Source of the DNA: Cenarchaeum sp.
GTDB taxonomy: Archaea; Thermoproteota; Nitrososphaeria; Nitrososphaerales; Nitrosopumilaceae
Length of the DNA: 64,000 nucleotides
Assembly (NCBI GenBank): GCA_963693095.2
Contig: OY843768.1
Span: 1,856,001 to 1,920,000 of the forward strand
Reading direction: 5' to 3'
Shown: positions 30,184 to 40,211 of the stretch, piece after piece
How positions within the stretch are numbered: the first letter of the stretch is position 1
Layout: each line of letters opens with the position of its first letter
Position numbers and translations under genes: made by a program
The notes under the pieces: generated by a model
Told to the model about the DNA's origin: nothing
The model's input: only the letters and a program-made list of their open reading frames with translations
Database searches by the model: none

Positions 30184-30722
30184 TACTCAAAGAACCTCCG
30201 CGTGTCCCCGCACCGGCCAATCTCCTCTAGCCAGTCGACCTCGTCGCCGGGATATGTCCCGTCTAGTGCGCCGCGCGCGAGGCGTGCGACCTCTGCGGGG
30301 TTCCTCTTTGTGCTGTCGACCTGCTTTACTGCGCCCTGCCCAAATGCGGCGAGCGTGTCAGAGGCCACAACGCCGAGGGCCTCGGCGCCAAGGTTCTCCA
30401 GGGACTTGCTGCGATCGTATGCGCGCTCTGCATAGACGCGCTCTAGCTCGTACGGGCTGCGGCGCAGGACCACGGCAGCAGCGACTCTTGATGCGCTCAG
30501 CGCGTACGGTGCCAGGTGGCCGACGACGAGCGTGCCCTCGGCGGCCTCGGCGTCAAGTTTCTCGCGCAGCCTCCCTGCATCGACCTCGCCGCCCTCGCCG
30601 ATGAGGCCGGCCCGTTTTGCGACACCATTGGCGTCGATGACGTCGAGTCCGGCCCCCTCGCCGAGGATGGCAGCAACGGTGTGCTTGCCCACCCCAGGGC
30701 TGCCCGTGACCACAAGTGACAT
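30180..30722 (-). CDS. adenylate/nucleotide kinase (Fap7/AK6-like)
   Basis: P-loop 'VTGSPGVGKHT', 'VVGHL'. Confidence 0.85.
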   Translation of the reverse strand: MSLVVTGSPGVGKHTVAAILGEGAGLDVIDANGVAKRAGLIGEGGEVDAGRLREKLDAEAAEGTLVVGHLAPYALSASRVAAAVVLRRSPYELERVYAERAYDRSKSLENLGAEALGVVASDTLAAFGQGAVKQVDSTKRNPAEVARLARGALDGTYPGDEVDWLEEIGRCGDTRRFFEY

Positions 30723-30845
30723 GCCGGCGCCCCAGCACACGCCGCATTAAACAATTTGCTCCTGTGCGCGCGCCGCACGCGAGGGGCCGGCACGGCGCAG
30801 GAGATGATGCAATACTAATATTCAAGCGCGCACACGCCGTGAGCC

Positions 30846-32030
30846 ATGCAGATCGGCCTCCTCGGAAAGGCCAATGTCGGCAAGTCGACCTTTTTCTCGG
30901 CGGCGACGGCGACTCCGGTCCAGACGGGCAACTTTCCGTTCACGACCATCGACCCCAACGTGGGCGTGGCGCACGTCAGGGCACCTTGCGCGTGCGGCCC
31001 GCTAGGCGTCTCCCACGACATGCCCGAGTGCGACAACGGGACGCGCCTCATACCCATAAAGCTCATCGACGTCGCCGGCCTCGTGCCGGGTGCGCACGAG
31101 GGCCGTGGACTAGGCAACAAGTTCCTCGATGAGGCGCGCCAGGCCGATGCGCTCATTCACGTTATCGACATCGCCGGCTCGACAGACCTGCAGGGCCAGC
31201 CCGTGAGCGCCGGCACGCACGATCCGGCCGAGGACGCGAGGTTTGTAGTCGAAGAGTTTGACCTCTGGTTTGGCGGCATACTGTTGCGCGAGTGGCCAAA
31301 GCTGTCAAAAGAGATAGAGCAGAGGCGCTCAAACCTGGCCGCTGCCGTCGCGCAGAGGCTCAGCGGCCTTGGCATAGGCGAGGCCCACGTGTCCGCGGCC
31401 CTCCAGTCCATCGAGCTGCACACAAAAAAGCCCGCCGAGTGGACTGATGATGACGTGGCAAGCCTTGCGCGCGCGCTGCGCGAGGCCTCTAGGCCCATGG
31501 TCATCGCGGCAAACAAGGCCGACCTCCTAGACGGCGAGATTCCCTCCGAGCTTGTTGGCCAAAAGGCGATCCCCTGCAGCTCTGAATCCGAGCTATTGCT
31601 GTGCCGTGCGGCGGCAGCCGGCACAATAGGATACTCGCCGGGCAACGTCTCCTTTGAGGTGACCGGAGACGCGACACCGCAGCAGCGGGCCGCACTCGAC
31701 ACCGTCGCCGGCGTGCTAGAAAAGCTCGGCGGCACGGGCGTTCAGGCGGCCCTTGACAGGGCAGTCTTTGGCGCGCTGGGCATGATAGTGGCGTATCCGG
31801 TCGAGGACGAGGGTCGCATGTGCGACAAGGACGGCCGCGTCCTGCCAAACGCGCTCCTCCTGGAGCGCGGCGCCACGGCACTCGACCTCGCAAGAAAGGT
31901 CCATGCCGATATCGCCGACGGGTTTCTCCACGGTATAGACTGCAAAACGGGCAGGCGCATAGGGGCCGACCACGTCCTCGCCGACGGTGATGTCATCAAG
32001 GTGGTCTCGACAGGGGCCAGGGGCGGCTGA
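30846..32030 (+). CDS. ychF: YchF/Ola1-like OBG-family NTPase with TGS domain
   Basis: 'GKANVGKST', 'FPFTTIDPN', '[17 protein letters not shown]', 'ANKAD'. Confidence 0.93.
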   Translation: MQIGLLGKANVGKSTFFSAATATPVQTGNFPFTTIDPNVGVAHVRAPCACGPLGVSHDMPECDNGTRLIPIKLIDVAGLVPGAHEGRGLGNKFLDEARQADALIHVIDIAGSTDLQGQPVSAGTHDPAEDARFVVEEFDLWFGGILLREWPKLSKEIEQRRSNLAAAVAQRLSGLGIGEAHVSAALQSIELHTKKPAEWTDDDVASLARALREASRPMVIAANKADLLDGEIPSELVGQKAIPCSSESELLLCRAAAAGTIGYSPGNVSFEVTGDATPQQRAALDTVAGVLEKLGGTGVQAALDRAVFGALGMIVAYPVEDEGRMCDKDGRVLPNALLLERGATALDLARKVHADIADGFLHGIDCKTGRRIGADHVLADGDVIKVVSTGARGG

Positions 32031-33019
32031 TGCGCTGCCTCGGAATCGAGAGCACCGCCCACACGTTCTCGTGCGCGATATTGGAGACGCGCGGGAGGCG
32101 CGGGCGCGTTCTTGCCGACGTGCGGCGCGCGTACAGGCCGCCAGACGGCGAGGGGATACACCCGCGCGAGGCCTCGCGACACCATGTCGAAAAGAGCTCC
32201 ACATGCCTGCGCGAGTGCCTCGAAGAGTCGGGCATGTCGATGCGCGACGTTGACGCAATCGCGTATGCGGCCGGTCCGGGCCTTGGGCCCTGCCTCCGAG
32301 TCGGCGCCGTAGTCGCGCGCGCGCTCTCCTCATACCACAAGATCCCGCTATATCCGGTCCACCACGCGATCGGACATATCGAGCTCGGCAAGATGCTCAC
32401 GCGCACAGGCGACCCCCTCGTCCTACTCGTCTCAGGCGGCCACACGATGATACTCGCATACAGCGCGCCGCACTGGCGCGTCTTCGGCGAGACACTCGAC
32501 ATTACGCTGGGCCAGCTCTTTGACCAGTTTGGCCGCTCCTTGGGCCTGGCCTCGCCATGCGGCCAGGAGATCGAGCGCATCGCGGCGTGGGGTGAGGAGT
32601 ATTGCGACCTACCATACACGGTAAAGGGAAACGACGTCTCGTTCTCGGGGATATGCTCAGCAGCAAAGGAGGCCGTCGCCTCGGGCATTGAGCGCAAGTC
32701 AGTCTGCCACTCGCTGCAAGAGACTGCGTTTGCGATGGTGTGTGAGGCCACCGAGCGCGCACTAGTCCTGACGAAAAAGCGCGAGCTCTTGATAGTCGGC
32801 GGCGTTGCGGCCAATGCGCGACTCTCGCTGATGCTCGATGAGATGTCTAGGAACCACGGATGCCGCGTGGCCGCAGCCCCCATGCGCTATGCGGGCGACT
32901 GTGGATCGCAGATTGCGTGGGCCGGAATGCTAGAGGCCACAGTCTCACAACCGGTAAGGCCCGAGGAGGCCAGCGTTCGCCAGTCCTGGCGCCTAGACGA
33001 GGTTCCAATATCATACTGA
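32030..33019 (+). CDS. kae1: KEOPS t6A threonylcarbamoyltransferase
   Basis: 'GIESTAHT', 'GPGLGPCL', 'HHAIGHIE', 'VSGGHT', 'GETLD'. Confidence 0.95.
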   Translation: MRCLGIESTAHTFSCAILETRGRRGRVLADVRRAYRPPDGEGIHPREASRHHVEKSSTCLRECLEESGMSMRDVDAIAYAAGPGLGPCLRVGAVVARALSSYHKIPLYPVHHAIGHIELGKMLTRTGDPLVLLVSGGHTMILAYSAPHWRVFGETLDITLGQLFDQFGRSLGLASPCGQEIERIAAWGEEYCDLPYTVKGNDVSFSGICSAAKEAVASGIERKSVCHSLQETAFAMVCEATERALVLTKKRELLIVGGVAANARLSLMLDEMSRNHGCRVAAAPMRYAGDCGSQIAWAGMLEATVSQPVRPEEASVRQSWRLDEVPISY

Positions 33020-33328
33020 GTCGAGTGCGCCCGTTATCGACTCTAGCCACGAGCCGGTGCTCATTACGCCAAACTTGAAGGTCTTTTGGCCGCCGTCGAG
33101 GCGGGCAGTGATGCAGACCTTTTTGATGAGCCACCCCTCAGTCCAGGCGTTCTCAATGTCGCCTAGGCCCACGTCGAGGACCGTGTCGCCAAAGCGCTTT
33201 GAGAGGTCGAGCATTCGGGAGCGAGTCTTGTCAAAGGCGACCCTCTTGTTCGTGAGTGTGAGTATGCCGATGCCGAGTGTGTCCTCGTTGCAGTCCTCCT
33301 GCCGGATTGTCTTCTCGCCTGCGTCCAT
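33011..33328 (-). CDS. small PH/GRAM-like hypothetical protein
   Basis: 'GILTLTNKRVAF' motif typical of PH-like folds. Confidence 0.65.
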   Translation of the reverse strand: MDAGEKTIRQEDCNEDTLGIGILTLTNKRVAFDKTRSRMLDLSKRFGDTVLDVGLGDIENAWTEGWLIKKVCITARLDGGQKTFKFGVMSTGSWLESITGALDSV

Positions 33329-33399
33329 CCGTGCGCGTGCGGCGCGTGTGTGGGTATTTTAATGAACGTGGGGGATCGGGCACACAGGCCTGTCATGGA

Positions 33400-33912
33400 C
33401 TAGGCAGTCTCGCTGGATTCTGCATTCTTGACAGAGTTCACAAAGGCATCGCGAACATCGTCTTTTGCCTTTTTGAAATCTTGTTCTAGGCGATCGATAT
33501 AGTCTCTGTACAGTATGACGACTCCTTTTGATGGCAGCACATCCAAGGTTTTTTCTGAACCCCCGCCCTCCTTGGACAGATCGACATAGACTAGGCACAC
33601 GTCGTTCTTCAGCGGTAACTCGTGCTTTGTTGTAACCTTTGCCCAGTTTTCCTTGTCTTTCCACCCTCTAACACGTTGGCGTTTCTTGTTCTGTGCAGGC
33701 GAATCAACATTTTTGCTCACCTCGACAATCCACGTGGTATTTTTTGAGGTGAATATGAGGTCGATCTCGCCCATGGGATTATGATCTGCGTCATAAAAGA
33801 CGGAATTTGTGGCAACGAGATCTAGACCCATGTCGTATAACAGGCGCGCGATTCTTTGCTCTTCGGGGTTTTGTAAGTGACCAATTATGCACTCTGCCTG
33901 CATTGCGTCCAT
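33400..33912 (-). CDS. restriction-endonuclease-fold protein (PD-(D/E)XK-like, E-V-S variant)
   Basis: 'E..IARLL..MG...GEIDLIF......IVEVS'. Confidence 0.65.
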   Translation of the reverse strand: MDAMQAECIIGHLQNPEEQRIARLLYDMGLDLVATNSVFYDADHNPMGEIDLIFTSKNTTWIVEVSKNVDSPAQNKKRQRVRGWKDKENWAKVTTKHELPLKNDVCLVYVDLSKEGGGSEKTLDVLPSKGVVILYRDYIDRLEQDFKKAKDDVRDAFVNSVKNAESSETA

Positions 33913-34064
33913 TACAGACGGCGCGAATGTGGTGGTTTTAATATGTTACGCCCTTGAGAGGTTCTATTGCGTGTATCGACGACTGATTCCTAACAAGCTC
34001 CCAATGCCAAATTGGCCCAAGCACTAGCCCGTGTCCCATGACACAGCCTCGCCCGGCCACAACC

Positions 34065-34535
34065 CTAGAACATTTCACAAGCTGGCCTGATCTTGTCTGA
34101 GAGGCCGCACCATCCCACAAACTGCCCCAGTGCGATTTGGGGCTCGTCCTCGATGAGGTGCTCGATGTGGTTCCAGTGCAGCAGGTACGTGCGCCCGTCC
34201 ATGTCTGGCCAGGAACTGCCTTCTGTGGCTATGGACATGTAGACAACACGCATATGGTTGGTCCGTGAGAGTCCGAGGTCCTCGCACACCCTGTCTATGA
34301 CGTCGCGCGTTTCCCACATTTTGATATCCTTGCGCCTTAGATGCCTCACGTCTAGCATCTCGTTTGCGCTGACCTCGATGAGAATTGTCGCATTTCTGAG
34401 CGTGGTCACAAAGTCGATCTCGATCGCCTTCTCGCCATACCACCTGGGCAGCACATAGCTGTCCCTGACGATATTGATTCCAATGCGCATCAACACCTTG
34501 CCGACCATCACCTCGTATCTGCTCTTTGGCGCCAT
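34065..34535 (-). CDS. restriction-endonuclease-fold protein (E-V-S variant)
   Basis: 'IEIDFV......LIEVS'; paralog of 63402..63872. Confidence 0.65.
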   Translation of the reverse strand: MAPKSRYEVMVGKVLMRIGINIVRDSYVLPRWYGEKAIEIDFVTTLRNATILIEVSANEMLDVRHLRRKDIKMWETRDVIDRVCEDLGLSRTNHMRVVYMSIATEGSSWPDMDGRTYLLHWNHIEHLIEDEPQIALGQFVGWCGLSDKIRPACEMF

Positions 34536-34830
34536 GCTCCCTATGGCCTCCGGCCTGTGCTAGCACCCTGGCGTTTGGTGAAACGCCGTAGTCCTGTGCG
34601 TGGGGCACACACAGTCACACCCATCGGGACTGGTGCCGCATTATCGCCCTATAAAAACCGTTCGCCGTCGGCCGCCTCGTGGGCGTGACAGGGGGGTGGT
34701 GATGCGCCATTGTCGCCCTGGGCGCGCCCTCCGGGGCGACTCCCCTAAAGTCCTCGCATGGACTGCCGTTCCGACCATTGCGCACATGCCCACAATATCC
34801 TTAAATTCTGTTCATGTGGCAGATTGCCCA

Positions 34831-34992
34831 ATGGGCAAGGACGACATTTGCGACATTGTCGACGCGATGGCCCTTGGCTCGACTATCGTGCTTGGGGCAA
34901 AGGTGGCCCGGTACGGCCTGGCAAGCGTGTCGGTCATTGATGTCGCCTGCACACTAGGGCTTGTTGCCCTTAGTGCAGGGTTTCGCCGATAG
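34831..34992 (+). CDS. putative 53-aa hydrophobic peptide
   Basis: TATA-like ttaaat at 34801; degenerate homologue at 57260..57422 keeps the start and stop positions. Confidence 0.45.
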   Translation: MGKDDICDIVDAMALGSTIVLGAKVARYGLASVSVIDVACTLGLVALSAGFRR

Positions 34993-35133
34993 GCCACAAC
35001 TGTTGGCCATATCGCGCACCGCCCAAAAACCCATGGGCGGCAATGTCGCCACACCGGCCTAGATCAATCTTGTCATCCACAGGCCAATCTCGCCCAATAC
35101 GCCCATGACGCGCAACTCACTCGTTTCTTGGAG

Positions 35134-36513
35134 TCATGTCCCTGCTGACCCTTTTGCGGCGTCTAGCTCCTCTAAGATCATCCTTCGGACATCCTGTATT
35201 TTGGGATAGTCAGGATCGATCTCTATTGCGCGATCAAGTGACTTTATGGCATCATGGACATTCCCTGACGCAAACAGGGCACAGGCACGGTTGCGATGGG
35301 CGTCAGAGTTGGCAGGATCCAGCACAATGGCCTCATCAAATGCCGCAATGGCCTCATCAGGATGCCCAAGCAGATTCAGCGTATGGCCGAGACTAGTCTG
35401 CGCATCGGCGCTTGCAGGTGATATCTCGACTGCGCGCCTAAAGGAGTCTAGTGCCTCATCATGGCGCCCGAGTGCGTCGAGTATGTTTCCCCTCCCGATG
35501 CGGATTCGCGCGTCGTGCGGATTTAGCTCGATCGCCGTGCCGATGGACGCTAGCGCCTCGTCATGCCGGCCCATTGAATGCAGGATATGTGCGCGCCTGT
35601 CATGCGAATCGGCACTCTTGGAGTCTAGTGCAATCGCGCGATCTATGGACTCTAGGGCCTCGGCGCCACGGTTCAGCTCGATTAGAGCATGGCTCATGCC
35701 GCTGTGGGCCGCCGCCCTGTCTGGCTCCAAGTCGATCGCCCTGCCTAGCGCACCTAGCGCCTCCTCGTGGCGGCCCAATGCCAATAGCATGTTGCCACGA
35801 ATTATGTGGGCCAGGGCCAGGCTGGAGTCTAGCGCTATTGCGCGATCGAGTGAAGCTAGCGCCTCCTCGTCAGCACCAATGTATGATTGAATGGTGCCCT
35901 TGTCAAGATGGGTCTGTGCCTGGTTGGGCTCTAGTGCGATCGCGCGATCAAGGGAGACGAGCGCCTCATCATGGCGATGGAGGGTCATGAGGCATCGTGC
36001 CCTGTATGCATGCACATTGGCGTCCTCGGCGTTGATCATCGCGGCGTGCTCAAACTCTACGACAGCCTCTGACGGCCGGTTCAGATTGGCGAGCACCGCG
36101 CCTCTGTCAAAGTGCGTAGCCTCGTCATTGTAGCCTAGCGCGATCGCGCGATCAAGGGCGGCGAGCGCCTCCTCATAGCGGCAAAGGCTGTCCATCACCA
36201 TGAAGCGTATCCTGTGCGACTTTGGGTGTGCCGGATCAAGCTCCACTGCGCGCCCTGATGATATCATGGCATCATCATATTGGCAAAGCTCGCACTCGAT
36301 GACGCTCATGTTGTTTAGGACCTCAATGTCAGTCGCGTCAATCTCGTCTGCAAGTCTCAGCTCTGCGAGCGCGTCTGACTTTTTGCCCTGTGTGTGCAGC
36401 TTGTTGGCCCTGATCTTGTGCGGCATGGAATCCCCAATGCCCCGCCTGTTGGCCGGTCCGGTGCTGGCCCTTGATGCCTCCCCATCACGCCTGCCTGCCC
36501 CCTTGCCTGCCAC
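35134..36513 (-). CDS. TPR repeat protein (about 12 repeats)
   Basis: Repeated 'EAL.SLDRAIALD'; GTG start placed about 25 bp after TATA ttataa. Confidence 0.92.
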   Translation of the reverse strand: MAGKGAGRRDGEASRASTGPANRRGIGDSMPHKIRANKLHTQGKKSDALAELRLADEIDATDIEVLNNMSVIECELCQYDDAMISSGRAVELDPAHPKSHRIRFMVMDSLCRYEEALAALDRAIALGYNDEATHFDRGAVLANLNRPSEAVVEFEHAAMINAEDANVHAYRARCLMTLHRHDEALVSLDRAIALEPNQAQTHLDKGTIQSYIGADEEALASLDRAIALDSSLALAHIIRGNMLLALGRHEEALGALGRAIDLEPDRAAAHSGMSHALIELNRGAEALESIDRAIALDSKSADSHDRRAHILHSMGRHDEALASIGTAIELNPHDARIRIGRGNILDALGRHDEALDSFRRAVEISPASADAQTSLGHTLNLLGHPDEAIAAFDEAIVLDPANSDAHRNRACALFASGNVHDAIKSLDRAIEIDPDYPKIQDVRRMILEELDAAKGSAGT

Positions 36514-36650
36514 AGCAGAGTTGGGCAGGTCCGCCTTATAATAATTGCGCATTGCAATATGCGTTAGGGGCAGTCATGGTACGGGCCCACACGTCACACA
36601 CCCGTGATGCGCCAGATATGATTTATTAACACAATGCCCAAAATCCTGCC

Positions 36651-37130
36651 ATGGAGCCCGGCGAGGTCATATTCGAGAACACGTTTGCCCGGGCGTGCAC
36701 CAACCGCAGGCTCACTGTTGACGAAATTATCGAGGGCATGAAATTTGGCGCATTTCACTATGATCTGCTTCCCATCGAGGTTCGTGACGCCGTTGACAGG
36801 GCGCTAGAGCACGAAGATGCGCTGGCAGCAGAGCGCGGAACGCATGATCCTTACCATGATGGCGCATGGGAGCTTGACCTGCTAGATGTGGGGCTAGGAC
36901 CTGCCCAGAAAGGTGCGGCAGGCTCTCCATACCCGGGGTCGGCTCCGGGGGCGCACACAAAAGCCGTCGAAGAAACAATGTCTATGCATAATGACGCTAT
37001 CAATGACACGCTTTCGTACCAATGGTCAAGGGCCATGACTGCGCCTGTGCCTGCTTTTGCGCAACATGCCATGCATGAGACACTGGAGAAGAGCATGCCC
37101 AAAACGAGGCTCGTGGCATTCACGACGTGA
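36651..37130 (+). CDS. uncharacterised 'FENTFA' family protein (subtype A)
   Basis: About 80-aa N-terminal domain shared by four ORFs in the window; TATA tttattaa upstream. Confidence 0.8.
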   Translation: MEPGEVIFENTFARACTNRRLTVDEIIEGMKFGAFHYDLLPIEVRDAVDRALEHEDALAAERGTHDPYHDGAWELDLLDVGLGPAQKGAAGSPYPGSAPGAHTKAVEETMSMHNDAINDTLSYQWSRAMTAPVPAFAQHAMHETLEKSMPKTRLVAFTT

Positions 37131-37885
37131 TGGAGTTGGAGGGACTTTTGCCATATGCGCACACCACGCCAAAACCAGACGACCCGCTGGCGTCTTTCAA
37201 AGAAAGCCTCGCCAACTGGGCGTTCTTGTCCACCGACAGGCTTGAATACCGTGTCCCCGGGCCTAGATTTGCCCGTGCCTCGCAGACTGGCCCAGTAGAA
37301 AAGGATCCGCCAACGCGGTTTCCCTCACCATCTCGCAACTATGACATTTGTGCCCTGTATCCCCGCACACTCCCGACTGCTCCGGCACGAACTCGCACAA
37401 GCCCTGGCGCAGTGATCATCGGGCGCATCAACCACCTGTTTGGCTTTGTTGACTTTATGTACAAGAGCAAAGTGCTCCAGGAGGATGAGACCATAGACTC
37501 GTCAATCACGCAGCGCAAGATCCAAAAATGCGCATACATTGCGCAACAGCTTGGAATTCCGTTTGACTATCGCTTTGGATTCCTGACTAGCGGTGCATTT
37601 TCAGTTGACATGGCAGTAGACCTGTACCGGCGCAGGCTGGTCAACGAGGACATCAACCCGTTTGATGGCCGAGACGCGGCCCGCCAAACATTCCTTGACA
37701 TGGTCATGGGCAAGAGTAATCACTGGCTTCATGTGGCCACGTTTGCCATGCGCAGGATGGACACGATTCTCTCTAGTGATGACTTTGTGGAATACATGGA
37801 ACGAAAAAATTCCCAATATGGCAAGAGGCTAGTCAGAGCAGTATTTGAGCACATGAGACGCCTAGCGGGGTCGACGGGACAATGA
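37127..37885 (+). CDS. SocA/Panacea (DUF4065)/YwgA-like protein
   Basis: 'KIQKCAYIAQ.LG...DY.F.F...GAFS.DM..DLY'; start overlaps the upstream stop. Confidence 0.65.
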   Translation: MMELEGLLPYAHTTPKPDDPLASFKESLANWAFLSTDRLEYRVPGPRFARASQTGPVEKDPPTRFPSPSRNYDICALYPRTLPTAPARTRTSPGAVIIGRINHLFGFVDFMYKSKVLQEDETIDSSITQRKIQKCAYIAQQLGIPFDYRFGFLTSGAFSVDMAVDLYRRRLVNEDINPFDGRDAARQTFLDMVMGKSNHWLHVATFAMRRMDTILSSDDFVEYMERKNSQYGKRLVRAVFEHMRRLAGSTGQ

Positions 37886-38394
37886 CTACCTCGACCACAT
37901 CGGGGCGTGACACGCATGACTCTGGAGCTACTGCAATGCTGGCCAGCCTGATCACGCGCCTGTAGCGGGCCGGCCTCTTGGCCGATAATGTGGCCACCAC
38001 ATTTGAGCCCCTGCACGAGCTGCAAAAGCACGCCTATATTGCAAAGACGCTGGGCGTTGGCCTCGACTATGAGTTTAACTTTTTGGAGAATGGCGCGTTC
38101 TCGCCCATGCTGGGAATTGACGCATGCGATCTTGACGGTGAAGAGGGCACCCTTGACCCGTTTGAGGGGATTCCGTGCGCCTTTGAGACGTTTGTGGCGC
38201 TAGTTGAGGGGCGGGGGAGGCCATGGCTTCAGGCCACGACGTTTGCCCTGCGTGATCTCGAGCTCGACGACACGGATGACGAGTTTGCCGCCCGTATCAT
38301 GCGCGCGAGCCGCATGTATGAAAAAAAGATGCTAAAGAGGGTGTTTGCGCACGTGCGCGAGCATATGGGAAAGCATGTGGCGCGTGCGCGCTGA
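37882..38394 (+). pseudogene. SocA/Panacea-like paralog with a premature TAG
   Basis: ATGA overlap with the upstream gene; in-frame TAG at 37963 where the paralog at 49125..49868 has CAG. Confidence 0.7.
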
Positions 38395-38482
38395 ACTTGC
38401 CCCAAGTGAACACAGGTCTTCGTGCGCGTGCGCTTGCATATGACACTAGGCTTAATAGGCGCAGCACTGCCAATGCGATCCG

Positions 38483-38740
38483 ATGGATCCGATGCGGCTT
38501 GAGGGATTGAGGCTTATCGCCCACGGCCTTCAGTTTTATGGCTCTGCGTCTGCTGCGGAGCTCATGACAAGGCTCATAGGGTTTCTCTCCGAAAAGGAGG
38601 CATGGGACGTAATTGCCGAGGCCGAGAGGATTGGCATAATCGCGCGCGACGAGATGGTCTTTGAGCCGACAAACCCGAAAGAGCAAGAGTGGCGCTTTGT
38701 CGAGGGCTTCGACCTGAAACGGCTAGAAATGCTCGCATAG
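38483..38740 (+). CDS. small hypothetical protein, possibly winged-helix
   Basis: Helical pattern ending 'AERIGII....W'; TATA-like cttaata upstream. Confidence 0.55.
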   Translation: MDPMRLEGLRLIAHGLQFYGSASAAELMTRLIGFLSEKEAWDVIAEAERIGIIARDEMVFEPTNPKEQEWRFVEGFDLKRLEMLA

Positions 38741-39065
38741 GCAGGATCCTCACACTCTGCACCAGCCACCTCTGGTTTTGGGCGACTGCTAGTCGTTTTT
38801 GCCAAGAGATCAAAAACACTAGCTACACCATGGGAAACATGACATTGGGGGACTTGATGGTCGCTCCGGCACGCGCACTGAATCATTGTTGATTCAAGTG
38901 GGGGAGGGGGGCTGACCCTGGTGTCCGGGTGACTATGATCGGATCGCCGGTTGAAAATGCCGCGTGTACCTGGCACGAGATACTGTCCTGCGTTTGTCCC
39001 CAACTGATGACGGCTCACTCGCCTGACGCGGCCAAAACGACTAGTGTGCGCTAATCATGTGCCTA

Positions 39066-40165
39066 TACTGACGAGCAAAAGTTCGTGCCATGATCAAACT
39101 TTCCCGACCCGCATGCTATATGGATCGCCCCTCCCCACGCCCCGCATGGAAGGCCAAGAGCTGGAAGCGTTCCGCAGGGCACTCCGCGACGAGAGGGACG
39201 CCGACGTCAGGTACAGGTTTGCCGCGGTCAACATGCACGAGAACCGGGGGATGACGCGCGAGGAGGTCGCACTTGCGCTCATGCAGTGCCCCAGGTGGGT
39301 CGGCAAGTGGGTCGCGCGCTACCGGAGTGGCGGTGTCGAGGCCCTGCGGGACCGCCCCCGCCCCGGCAGGCCGCCGCTGGTCGCGCGGCAGAGGCTTGGC
39401 CGCCTGATTGGCCGAATGCCCGGGCGCGTCACGCCCGCAGAGGTCATGCTGGAGATCGAGCTGGCCACCGGCGTGAGGTTCCACATGTCGTACGTCAGGA
39501 AAATAATGCGCAGGGCCGGCCTCTCCGCCAAGCGGACGCGCCTGGTGCACGTGAACAGGGCCGACGGGCCGACTGTAGCCAGCTGGCAGCGCAGGGTGCG
39601 GCGCAAGATAAGGCGCCTCAGGCGCGCCGGATTCACCGTCGTGGTGCAGGACGAGACCATCGCCGTGCACGGCGCCGCCGGCGGATCAAAGTACTGGTCG
39701 CTCGTGGGCGTCCCCGTCGTCGCCCCGTACACCGGGGGCCACAGGAGGGTCGTGGTGTACGGCGCGATCTCCACTGACGGGAAGCAGATCTTCCGGGTGC
39801 GCGACAGGTTCGATGCGGAGACGTTTGTCGCGTTCCTGCGCGACATGCGCAGGAGGTTCGGCAGGGTCGCCGTGATCGTCGACAGGGCGCCGCAGCACAG
39901 GGCCGCGGCGGTGAGGGACTATCTTCGCGCCCACAGGGCGGTGAGGCTGATCGAGCTGCCCACCGGCTCGCCGTACCTCAACGCGATCGAGGAGGTGTGG
40001 CGGCAGGCAAAGCGGGCGCTGCTGGTCTCCGAGCACTACCCCACCATGGGGGAGATGCGGACGGCGGTGTCACGGCACTTCAGGCACACGAGGTACCGGC
40101 TCGACGTGATGGCATACCTGGGCCGGACGTCGCTGGAATGCGGCACGGACTTTTGATCGGCAGTA
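39066..40165 (+). mobile_element. IS630-family element, copy 1 (1100 bp; transposase 39113..40156)
   Basis: TIRs TACTGACGAGCAAAAGTTCGTGCC / TACTGCCGATCAAAAGTCCGTGCC; TA duplication; DDE 'QDE..DRAPQH..SPYLNAIE'. Confidence 0.97.
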
Positions 40166-40211
40166 TAGCATATGAGGCAACTTTAAATCTAGTTACTGCC
40201 ACTAATGGCGC

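Noticed and set aside
37963-37965. Programmed amber read-through (pyrrolysine)
   Set aside because: A single C-to-T change from the paralog's CAG explains it; no pyl genes are visible and TAG is a common stop here
38890-38920. Additional IS66 left-end remnant (caagtgggggaggggggctgacc)
   Set aside because: Resembles 60354-60376 but is short and G-rich, too weak to call
39094-40036. Conserved overlapping ORFs in every IS630 copy
   Set aside because: They recur only because the element is repeated; Arg/Pro/Gly-rich shadow frames
39066-40165. RNA-guided transposon nuclease (TnpB/IscB) associated with the IS
   Set aside because: The 1100-bp element is filled by the DDE transposase; no RuvC or HNH ORF and no room for a guide RNA
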